In this document: positions 53,591 to 63,169 of the stretch, piece after piece
Position numbering within the stretch: position 1 is the first letter of the stretch
Layout of the letters: each line of letters opens with the position of its first letter
Assembly (NCBI GenBank): GCA_039621445.1
Contig: CP154954.1
Span: 4,578,714-4,642,713, forward strand
Source: Euglena gracilis
Lineage: Eukaryota
DNA length: 64,000 nt
Direction of reading: 5' to 3'
Program-made: the position numbers and the translations under genes
Notes under the pieces: generated by a model
What the model saw: only the letters and a program-made list of their open reading frames with translations
Told to the model about the DNA's origin: nothing
Database searches by the model: none

Positions 53591-53971
53591 CCCTCACCCC
53601 CCCCTATTTGGCTAATGGCCGGGCTCCTTCAGACCCCCAATTAGCCAATCAGGGGGGGGACAATTGGGGGGCGGGGGGGGGCTCGAGGACCCCGACCCCA
53701 TAATTTTTGACATGTGCAAAATTGGTCGATTTTTTGTGCATTTTTGGATTGGTCATGACTTTTTCTTATCCGGCAATTTTTAACATTTTCGAAACGGACG
53801 TTTTTGGAGGTTTTCTGAGCCCTTGCCGAAACTGGCCAAAGTTGGCCAAGGGAACGTCCATTGGCCAATTGGGCTAACCCCCCCCCCCCTAATTGGCTAA
53901 TGGACCTCCCTTAAGGACCCCCCAATTAGCCAATTAGGGGGGGGGGGCAATTAGGGGGGGGGGGGTGAGGG
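53591..53971. mobile_element. Tc1/mariner-type MITE
   Basis: TIR CCCTCACCCCCCC flanked by TA on both sides; a related left end lies near 32982. Confidence 0.75.
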
Positions 53972-55841
53972 TACCTTGGCTCCACGGCCGTAGCGCCCGA
54001 ATAAACCCCGCGGTAAAAAACCCTACGATCTGCGACAGGCAAATCAGGCATCGGCACCAGGGTGGGTCGTCGTCTTTTATTACTCGTTTAAAACATCGTT
54101 TAAAACCAGTTTAAAACTGTCGTCATAAACCAAAAAGATAGGTTTTCGACGTATGGAAAAAGACCTATTGAAGTTTCGTGAAGCGCCAGTAGCAGGAGCG
54201 CAGGACGTTCCCTTTCCGCAGTTGCCGGGCCCAAGAATACACTTGGTTGTTGAAGAAGGCAGGGTTGTGCAGGAAATTTACAGGCGCAAATTTCTCGGAG
54301 AAATTCTCCTGAAGATTTCCCCGGCTGCGGAAAACTTTTTCCTACCCTTTCCCGATCAGCGAAAAAAAAATCGTTCCGTGGACAAAAAGAACTGCTGGCC
54401 AAAACTGGCCGCCATTTCTAGCCCAAAGTGGCCAACACGCGTGGCCCCAAAAAATGCCACCACAAACCCCTCCAAAACCCGTTTGCCAGATTCAAAAAAT
54501 GCACCCCCAATTTTGGCTCTCTTGGGAAAGAAGAGTTGTTGCACACCAAAAAAAAGTTTTTGCAGGAAAATGTATCCGGCAGGTTTTGGGGAAACAGTGG
54601 CTTTTGGTTTTTTGCTTGCAGGCAAATGGGCCAGGCAGTTTTGAGCAAAATGAGATCACCAGCCACGGCCATTTGTTGCAGCAACTGTGACCAACAGATT
54701 GGATCAATTTGCACCAAAATGGGATCAGAAATGGGGGAACAAAAACAACAATGTCCTTGCAGGAAGAAACTTCAGCAGAAAAAAGCAGAGGCCAAAAATG
54801 ACTCAGGAGGTGCTGTTCGAAGAGGTGGAGGGGACATGTTGCAGGTGGGGACTGGGACATGTTGGTGCAGCCAGTGGTCCCACATATTCCAAACTAAATC
54901 CAGAGATGGGGGAAGGATGTCTGATGCCAGATGAGTGCCAATAGTAAAGATGGAGGATAGCTTTTGGATGCATTCTGGGGGTTGTGTAGAAAGATGTCAG
55001 TACCACATGGGTTCTTTACAGGCAAAATAGGGGGATGATGGTGAGTGGGTGGGTGTGAATGAAATGGCTGGGTTTTTGCAGGGACTGGGTGTGACTGATG
55101 GGGTGGGTATGCAACGTCTGGGGGGGCCATTGCAGGCCCTGGTTAACAGTTTGGGGGGGAAATTTCAGGATGCCAGCTGGGGGGGGGGGTTTATTATTGC
55201 CTTTGCCGGCCACTGGCTGGGTTGAGGGGGCCTTTGCAGGCCCAGGGGTTGGGGGGACCTTATCGGGCCCAGGGGCCTTTTCAGGCCCCCAGGGCTGTCC
55301 ACAGCATGTTGAGGTCTTGCAGCAGCAGCACCAAAGGGCTGAGAAGCCCAACTTGTACTTCTCATTGACCTGAACTTGTTCTCGTGCCTCGTTGTTCTCG
55401 TACTTGCTTGCTTGCTTGAACTTGCAGCTTGCTCTTGAACTTGAACTTGTACTTCAGACTTGTTTCCTTGAACTTCTAAACATGTAAACTTTTGAGCCCG
55501 AGCTTGAAACCCCACCAGGGGCCTTCACTTGTCCGCCATGCATTGTATGCATTGTGCGAAAAAAAACAAAGACACTACCGGGGATGATCTAATTCCGGAG
55601 GTTGTTAATCCGGACGCTCAAATTCCGTTGGCCCAAAGGCCGGACCGGAATTTGGCGCTTCGACAGAAGCGACAGATTCGCGCATACCAGGAATTAGGCA
55701 CTACGAACCGCCCGGCACCCCTTCCACGGCCTTTGGGATCACCGCTTCCCCCCGGAGGATCCATGTCCCTCTTGCAAGGGAACCCACTGGCCCTGGGAAC
55801 GCTGCAGTCTCCTGCCCTGCACAACCAACACCGAGTCCGGC

Positions 55842-57365
55842 GTGTGTCAGCCCACCATTCGTATCACCCCAGTGGCCTCCCGCTGCCGCTCCTCCCTCCT
55901 GCGTTCCCGCCGCTGCCACACTTGCTCCGCCCTGGCGGGGAGGGGGAGTCTGCTCACGTGCGGCAACATACACCAGCACCCCGGGCCTTCGCACCCTCAC
56001 GCTACACACCACACCCACCACTCCCTCCGTGATCTTCCCGACACCGGCCAGAGCACCCTACGGACGGGCCGAGGAAGCGTCCTGTCCTGTGGCGACATCG
56101 AGAGCAACCCTGGACTCCCATCCGGTCGCCAGGCACCCCCTGCAGGCAAGAAACGCCCCGCAGCGCCCCCCAGTCCCGCAAGAGCCTCGCCGCCTGAATC
56201 CATTCCGGACCTGGCACACCCGGGAGACGACGTGCCCGCGGCCATGGTTGTCGATCGCAGCGGCAATGCATCAGACCTCCGCCAGGCTGAACCCCCACGC
56301 CTCCTCATACCGCCGCAGCCGGCCACCCTGCAAGACATCCTCTCATGCCGGGCCAACACAATTCTCCACGTGCCAGCCTCGAACCAGCGCGACGTGACGG
56401 AGACCATTGCTGACGTAATAATCGAGTACGTTGCGAATCCCGACAGCGACCGCTTATTCGCGGTCTTGGCCTTCCCGAAACTGGTCCTGCGCACGATCCC
56501 AAGCAGCGGCCGGGAAGCGGCAGAGGACATCTCCACTGCCGTCAGCAGGCGCATACGGCTCTTCCGACAAGGCCAATATGTCACACTGTTGACCGAGCTA
56601 CGCGCCGCCACGGCTCTGCCCGCCTCTTCCGTTGAGACGCGCACAGCCAAGAAAGCGCGTACTGTGCCCTCGGAAGTGCCTGCCGCCGTGCTCCGGCGGG
56701 CCCGCACGTTGGTCGGCGAGGGAGCCCCAGCCAAAGCCCTACAGGTTCTATTGTCCGAAGGAACGCATCGCGCTAGCGACCCTGCAGTATGGACCAAACT
56801 GAAGGACCTGCACCCGCTGGGTCGCCCGGTCAACCCCAACAACTTCCCCCCAAAGTTGCCCCCTTTCCCAGACGGACAACGCATTCGTTGGGAAGAACTC
56901 CTACGTGAAGCTATCCTCCGCTTCCCACGCACGTCGTCTCCGGGCCCCTCCGGATTACGCCCCTGCCATCTGCAGGACGCCGTCCGCCGCCCTGGCCTCG
57001 GCGCACGTCTCCTCACGGCCCTGGCCCAACTGGCCACCGCATGGGTCGAGGGCAACCTGCCCCCGGACCACGCACCCAGCTGGTGTTCCGCAAACCTAAC
57101 CCCCTTGCGGAAAAAGGACGACGGCGTCCGGCCCATCGCAGTCGGTGAAACGCTTCGCCGACTGGTAGGGAAGGCACTCCTCCACACAGGAGCCGCCAAG
57201 GACCAAATCGCCCGGCTGAGCCCTCTGCAGACTGGGGTCGGACTGTCCCACGCCGCCGAATCAACCGCTATCACGGTCCAGAACCTGGTGAGGAAACTAG
57301 ATGCCAGGGGTAACTGGGCGGTCCTCCGGGTTGACCTGAAGAATGCCTTTAATACCCTCGACTGA
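55842..57365 (+). pseudogene. CRE RT N-terminal half, ending at an internal deletion
   Basis: SSPGPSGLRPCHL, LTPLRKKDDGVRPIAVGETLRRLVGKAL, LSPLQTGVG, VDLKNAFNTLD then a stop. QG and YxDD motifs are missing. Confidence 0.88.
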
Positions 57366-58645
57366 AACCACGTCACGGATTGAGAAAGCCGCAGACCTGG
57401 TCACGTCCGTAACAGACCCCCAGCACGCCCACCACCTCCTCCGCTCATGTCTGGACGGCTGCAAGGTCAACCACCTCCTGCGGGCATCCGATTCCTACGA
57501 GGCCCAAGAGCAGGTCACCCGCTGCGGAGAAGCCATTCTCGGCGCCTTTGAGGACATCCTTGGTCAGGCACTGAACGCAGAACAACGGCAGCAAGCTGTG
57601 CTCCCCCTTTCTAACGGAGGCTGTGGGCTTCGCATCCCGGCGGCAAGGAGCCGCGCGCACCGCGGCCCTATGCCATTACTACACCCATGGCCACCAAAAG
57701 GTGGCCTGCCCGGCATACGCGTCAGCCCCGGACGACCGAGTCTGTCAGCAACCCGCCCATGACCTCTCCTCCGCCCTGGGACCCCAGCACCCGGAGAGCC
57801 AGCGACTGCTCGTCAGCTCGTCCTTCGCTTCTGCCTCCAGCAACGACACCTCACAGCGATGGTGGCAGTCCCAGCTATCACGTACTACGATGGACAGCCT
57901 CCTAACTCGGATCCCAGCCAGGGACCAAGCCCGCCTGATGGAGCAGGCACATGGTATCGGTCACGGCTGGATGGCCGCAACACCCCATGAGGCCCTCCAC
58001 ACCACAGTCGACGCGGCCGACTACCGCCTGGGGCTGAAATGGTGGTTGGGTCTACCCCTGGCGGAGTCCACCGGGACCTGCGCGGGATGCCAGAACCCGA
58101 CGGATATACACGGCGACCATGAGATGTGTTGCATCCGGAACAACTTCGCCAACAGACACAATGCCGTTCAGGACGCCCTATTTAACCTCTTGTCCGCGAA
58201 CGGCCAAAGTGTCCAACGTGAAGTCCCGGTGCCCAACCAGCCAGACACCTCATTGCGGCCTGCTGACCTGCTGCTTGCCACGTGGCAGGACGGCAAGCCG
58301 ACGGTGGTGGACATCACCGTCGCACACGGCTGGCAAGCAGCTGAGAGAAGTGCCTCCAGGGAGCGCTGGCGCACCTTCCTCAAACGGCGAGAACAGGCCA
58401 AGCATGCCAAATATGACGTCCCATGCCGTAATGGCGGATGGTCGTTCGCCACGCTGGCAATGGGCACCTGGGGAGGACTGGGCCCGGAAAGCGCCAAGCT
58501 GCTCTCCAGGATGATGAAACGAAGCACCACGTGGGAACAGGGAGAGATACGCTCTGCCCGCCAGGCCGAGAACTACCAGCTGCTCGCGCTGGCTCTCTTC
58601 CGCCAGGTGGCACAGATGCTGCGCCCTAAGCACTTCCTTCGATGA
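57366..58645 (+). pseudogene. CRE thumb, zinc knuckle and restriction-like endonuclease, with a frameshift near 57645
   Basis: HLLRSC..CKVNHLLR, LPLSNGGCGL, RLGLKWWLG, CAGC-x9-H-x3-C, RHNAV, RPADL, VVDITV, REQAKHAKY. Confidence 0.88.
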
Positions 58646-59076
58646 AGACCACGAGTAACAGCAGCGCTGGCATGGACGCTGGCCGACCGCCACCACCCCC
58701 CCCTAAACCAACCAAAGCACGGTGCAAGCAACAGGCCCGGCCGCTAACAGCGGCGCACCCAGGCGCACACCAGCGCCACACGCAGCACGCCTGACTCCGC
58801 CTCGTTGGGGAAACACTCACCCAGCACGCACGCCACACCAATGCAGATTTCTCCCAACCGACACACCCCTCGCTGGCCGTGGTTCCGTCGAATGACTCGT
58901 AAACCCACGAATGGCCCCACACCGCAACACCTATGCTCTGACCTAACCGACCATGGGGACCCCCCATCTGTACATAGCAACCTTCCCCCTCGAACACAAA
59001 TCCAGTAGGCTGTGCCACTGGTCGGTGGATTCGGTTCGCCCCTTCCACAGGTGTTTCACAAACCCAAAGAGAACTG

Positions 59077-61740
59077 ATGACTGAGAATACGGAGACCAAG
59101 TGCTTGCCGGGCCCAGACAATACCACCGCCGAAACTGACCACACAGTGGACATGGTGGAGGAGGAAGGCCAACCCGCACCCCCTGCAGCAAGGAAGCGCA
59201 AGCGCAGTTGGAGCGCAGGTCGCCCGTCCAAGGCAATGAGGGAGATGCTGAAACGACTGGAAGACATGGAGAGGAGGCTGCAGAGCCAAGGAGGAGATGA
59301 AGCTGCAGGTGTGAAGGTGAAGCAGCTGCCAAGCCAAGGGCCCCACCAACCACCAGAAGCCCCAAGCTGGAGAGGACAACATGACGAACGAGAAGACCGA
59401 GGTTGGCAGTTTCACGACAGCCCTGTGCACATGACCGCCCCCACCCCCACCCCCACCCCCACCCCCCCCCCAGGACAACATCCAGGACTTGCTCCTAGTT
59501 TCCTGGTTTCCTCTGCCTTCTCTTCCTGCCTCCCTTCCCCCCCCCCCCTTCCCTGTACACCAATCCCAGGGATCCCCACCCAATTCACACACACATTCAA
59601 CCCCAATTTACTCCCAGAACTTTTTTCCCCGGCAACAAATTCTACATTTTACAAATTCCAATTCCAACAATTTTCCCATTTCCAATTCCAATTCCGACAC
59701 ATTTCTGGCCATCCCCTATCATTACCACCAGTGGCATTGACAGTGGCACCCCCAGTCCCCCAAAATGATGGACAAAGCAACCCCTCACAAGTCATCCTCA
59801 CCCCCCTGCAGGGAAACAGCCCCAACAAAAGTTTCAACAACTCCATTCCCAACAGATTTCCCCATTCTGATACCCCTTCTGACAAATCGGTGCCTGACCC
59901 TCCCTTGTCGGTGGATGTGGTACCTCCACTCCCCCCTTTGTCTGGATATCAGCCCCCCACACTGGTCATCTCATCCCCAACCCCTCATGGAACCAACCCC
60001 TGCCTGTCCCCTGGGGTTGGTGGTTTGGACCCTCCCTCCCCCTGGGCTACCCGGGGTTCACCCAAAGAGGAGAACCCCTTTGGGGTGAAGACCGGGGGGG
60101 GGGGGAGGGGAGGGACCAGGCTGCCCCCGCCGGTGACCACCACCACCAGGTGGTCGGGGCCCTGCCTCCTCACGGGGGCTGGCCCCGTTCCGGCGTGCAC
60201 CTGGGACAACCTCCCCCCCCACCTCCGGCGCTTCCTCCTCCCCTGGGGGGTGCCCCCTTCAACCTCGGTGAAGGTGACACCCACAGCGACAGCCGCGCCC
60301 ACACAGGACAGGACCGGGATGAACCATCCAGTGCCTTTCTTGTGCCCATTTCCCCCGCCCCCCCCCCCCTCTGCCACTCCCTGCCCCCCCCCTTTGCCAC
60401 CGTCTCTCTGCCAAAACCCTCTGCAGAACCCGCCCCCCCACCCACAAACACCGCCACAGAGCGATGAGACCTTTCAGGAATCCGGGGATATCCCAGGCGA
60501 CAGTGGGTTCTCCCTCCACCGCCTGCTCCGACTTCTCAAAACAATTAAGAGGGGAACGCATGCCCCGCCCCCGCCCCCACCCACGGACACGGCCCCCACC
60601 AAGGACACACACCCGGGCGAGGCCCCATCCGCAGCCTACCCCCAAGAACCCCAAACCGCCATCGAATGCCCGCCAACACCCCAACTATGTTTCCCCCCTC
60701 CACACCTGGCAGAAACAGTACCCGGGTTTTGGGTAAATGAAACCTCCGCCCCCCCCTCACCGGCGGCAACCATGGGGTTCCCTCCCTCTTTGGCATGGTC
60801 ACCGTCATCCGTCTCCCCTCCCTCCGACGAGGACACCTTGCACAACCGGTTCTTCAGGACACGGCGACTGGCAGAACTGAATAGGACAAAAGGCGAGACG
60901 TACAAGCACTTTGCCCATCGGATCATTGGCAGACTAATTGGACTCCGGGAACGTTGGATGTCAGCCGGCAGGCAGCTGGAACGCTCTACTTCCCACCGCC
61001 CCCCTCTCAACCCTGACCCAAAACATGAGATCATCAATGTGGATTGCTATTGCCCTTGTGCTTGTGAAACCTTTTTTGTTAAGGGACACAGGCCATCACA
61101 TGCACCAGTTTCCCTGGCAGGGGATGTTGAGCTTAATCCAGGCCCGGACGAAGCCGTTCAGATGCTCCCCGTTTGGAGAAGACGGATACTACACTGCTTC
61201 GGGGAGCCACCGGTGGACACAGACTGCTTCGCAGACCAACACTTACACATACATCCACACTATTGGCACCCAGGCGACTCGGCCTTCAACCATGACTGGA
61301 CTACAGGAATTTTATGGCTCAACCCCCCTTGGTCCTTACTCCCCGAGGTCACGCAGAAACTATTCAACACACCGTGCACAGGAATCCTGATTTGCCCTGT
61401 CTGGTTTGAGCCGTGGTTCCTGAAACTCCTGTGCCGCTGCGTGGACTTCATCCTCCTTCCTCCTTTACGTGTTTATCGCAGACACACGTGGAACCCACCC
61501 CTCCCACCGCCCAAATGGCGGACGTGTGCCATGCTATGGGACTCATCCCATTCCGCCGGATGGAAAAGAGACCTGGTTGCCGATGGTGATGTGGAATCAA
61601 ACCCGGGACCAGTTCCGGATTTTTCATCTTTCCTGCAGCACGACTTAGACGAATTTTCGCAAGCAGTACCCCCGATAGATCTTACAAGACAGGTATGTGA
61701 ACTGCGCGCTCGCATTCGACACAGGGTTGGAAACCACTGA
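59077..61740 (+). CDS. 887-aa polyprotein: 689-aa Pro-rich N-terminal product, 2A, 155-aa Dam-like methyltransferase, 2A, start of gag-like region
   Basis: Uninterrupted ORF with RKRKR and a short coiled-coil-like stretch near the N-terminus; DVELNPGP at 61123-61146 and DVESNPGP at 61588-61611. Confidence 0.8.
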   Translation: MTENTETKCLPGPDNTTAETDHTVDMVEEEGQPAPPAARKRKRSWSAGRPSKAMREMLKRLEDMERRLQSQGGDEAAGVKVKQLPSQGPHQPPEAPSWRGQHDEREDRGWQFHDSPVHMTAPTPTPTPTPPPGQHPGLAPSFLVSSAFSSCLPSPPPLPCTPIPGIPTQFTHTFNPNLLPELFSPATNSTFYKFQFQQFSHFQFQFRHISGHPLSLPPVALTVAPPVPQNDGQSNPSQVILTPLQGNSPNKSFNNSIPNRFPHSDTPSDKSVPDPPLSVDVVPPLPPLSGYQPPTLVISSPTPHGTNPCLSPGVGGLDPPSPWATRGSPKEENPFGVKTGGGGRGGTRLPPPVTTTTRWSGPCLLTGAGPVPACTWDNLPPHLRRFLLPWGVPPSTSVKVTPTATAAPTQDRTGMNHPVPFLCPFPPPPPPSATPCPPPLPPSLCQNPLQNPPPHPQTPPQSDETFQESGDIPGDSGFSLHRLLRLLKTIKRGTHAPPPPPPTDTAPTKDTHPGEAPSAAYPQEPQTAIECPPTPQLCFPPPHLAETVPGFWVNETSAPPSPAATMGFPPSLAWSPSSVSPPSDEDTLHNRFFRTRRLAELNRTKGETYKHFAHRIIGRLIGLRERWMSAGRQLERSTSHRPPLNPDPKHEIINVDCYCPCACETFFVKGHRPSHAPVSLAGDVELNPGPDEAVQMLPVWRRRILHCFGEPPVDTDCFADQHLHIHPHYWHPGDSAFNHDWTTGILWLNPPWSLLPEVTQKLFNTPCTGILICPVWFEPWFLKLLCRCVDFILLPPLRVYRRHTWNPPLPPPKWRTCAMLWDSSHSAGWKRDLVADGDVESNPGPVPDFSSFLQHDLDEFSQAVPPIDLTRQVCELRARIRHRVGNH
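61144..61608 (+). CDS. DNA N6-adenine methyltransferase domain (DIRS/phage Dam-like)
   Basis: PVDTDCFAD (DCFA at 61222-61233), DSAFNHDW, LWLNPPWSLL (NPPW at 61321-61332) and LICPVW..PWF, in the order seen in DIRS methyltransferase domains. Confidence 0.85.
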
Positions 61741-61741
61741 A

Positions 61742-61903
61742 AAAGGCCTCACCTCGTTTCTGGTGCACCAAGACAAGAAATTCTACGTCACAAAAGCCGG
61801 CAGATTGTACGACACCGCACTCCCCCCCCCCCCGGGCCCGTGCGACGCTTGCTCTGAGCTCCATTGGCATTAACAATGCCCTGCCCATCGCTCCCCCCAT
61901 TGA
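61742..61903 (+). pseudogene. Gag-like zinc-knuckle segment, frameshifted, with one in-frame stop
   Basis: Manual translation in the +1 frame relative to the upstream ORF: KGLTSFLVHQDKKFYVTKAGRLYDTALPPPPGPCDACSELHWH*QCP, i.e. C-x2-C-x3-H-x4-C at 61841-61879 with TAA at 61871. Confidence 0.65.
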
Positions 61904-61960
61904 CTACTACCCCTCTCCCCCTCCCCCGCTGAAGCCAAGCCAGAGACCACCGCTGATTGG

Positions 61961-63169
61961 TTGTCCGCTCTCCTCAACCTGTGCAAAAACCGGCATGAAC
62001 TCACCGATCCCAGACACACCCTCCTCGCTGCTTGGTCCGACAGTACGGTATCCACATACCTCTCCGGTGCCCGCCGTATTGCCGCCTATCACACCGTCTC
62101 CCCTACGCGTTCATGGGACGAAACCTTGGCACACGCATGCGCGGCCGAGATTAAACGGGGCGTTGGACACTCCTCAATCCGTACCTTGCTCTCAGCCGCC
62201 TCCTTCCTCTGGCACCTCCGGCTGGTCCCACACCCACCCGGTCCGTCTCACCACCTGTTCTCACGGGCGGCCAGGAAACTGGGACCCTTACCCGGTCCGC
62301 GTACTTGGGCATCTCCGACCAAAATTGCGGTACTCGCCACCCACACGCACACAGCCGAAGAAATCATCACCCTGGCACTGGCAATCTTGTCCTTTACGTT
62401 GGGTCTCCGGGCCAGCGAGGCAGCCGCACTCACTATCAGCGATCTTGAACAAGTTTCTCAACCACCCCACACCCTCCAATTCCACACCGCAAAGACCTCC
62501 CAAGCCGGTGCACACACAGCTCGGCCCCTGTGCTCGTACCCCAGGCTTTGGTGTGCTTTCCTTGCACAACTACATTCCGACTTCCCCGGAACCCGCCCAC
62601 ACCATCCGCTTTGCACCTCCCCCCAAACCCTGCACCGCCAATTCAAACGACTCCAACACCCCATCCCCGGTCCGGCTCTCTCATGGCACGCCTGGCGGCG
62701 AGGTTGCGCTCGCACCCTCCAACAACATGGTGCTCCAATGGGCAACATTGCCGCTTGGTGTAGATGGAGGACTGAGGAAATGGCAACTTGGTACGTCGGC
62801 CAACCTGAGCTTGACCAATTCGACCCCCCCCCCTGGCTCCCCCCCCTCCCCCCCCCCCCCCCCCGTCCCTCACCCCGTCTCACTTCTTCCCGATTACACC
62901 CCTGGACATTTGGCCACCACACATACTTCACGGACCGGAACCTTTGGCACCACCGCCCCCACGGAAACGGCGCCACGGCTAAAGTCCTCGTTCTCTGCCT
63001 TTTGCCTCCACTCGCCCTCCTAATGTGTACCCAAGTGGCTCTAACCCTACTCCTTAGCACACAGCTCCTTATGTTCCCTCTCCCGTTCCACGCTCGCTAT
63101 CTCTGGACTGCACCGCCGCACCGTGGCTTGGAACTTGGCCAGAATCCTGCACAAAAGGCAACCCCATGA
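61961..63169 (+). CDS. Tyrosine recombinase
   Basis: LGLRASEA (R at 62408), TAKT, HAWRRG (H 62687, R 62696), CRWRTEEMATWY (Y 62792). The true C-terminus is probably shifted at the poly-C tract near 62820-62865, where an alternative frame ends PLDIWPP...PPRKRRHG*. Confidence 0.9.
   Translation: MSALLNLCKNRHELTDPRHTLLAAWSDSTVSTYLSGARRIAAYHTVSPTRSWDETLAHACAAEIKRGVGHSSIRTLLSAASFLWHLRLVPHPPGPSHHLFSRAARKLGPLPGPRTWASPTKIAVLATHTHTAEEIITLALAILSFTLGLRASEAAALTISDLEQVSQPPHTLQFHTAKTSQAGAHTARPLCSYPRLWCAFLAQLHSDFPGTRPHHPLCTSPQTLHRQFKRLQHPIPGPALSWHAWRRGCARTLQQHGAPMGNIAAWCRWRTEEMATWYVGQPELDQFDPPPWLPPLPPPPPRPSPRLTSSRLHPWTFGHHTYFTDRNLWHHRPHGNGATAKVLVLCLLPPLALLMCTQVALTLLLSTQLLMFPLPFHARYLWTAPPHRGLELGQNPAQKATP

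Larger units (their letters stand above)
55577..58645 (+). mobile_element. CRE-clade (SLACS/CZAR/CRE-like) non-LTR retrotransposon with restriction-like endonuclease, defective
   Basis: RT N-terminal half, thumb, CCHC and RLE motifs in three successive frames. The 3' UTR end and TSD were not found. Confidence 0.88.

Noticed and set aside
55997-57376. 459-aa minus-strand ORF
   Set aside because: Antisense shadow of the GC-rich RT frame.
59074-59135. Hammerhead ribozyme (CTGATGA...GAAA)
   Set aside because: No stem II pairing next to the core motifs; the sequence overlaps the ORF start.
61995-63023. 342-aa overlapping ORF within YR
   Set aside because: Pro/Thr/Ser-rich alternative frame without motifs, separated from the RT frame by two stops; a decayed RT N-terminal extension cannot be fully excluded.
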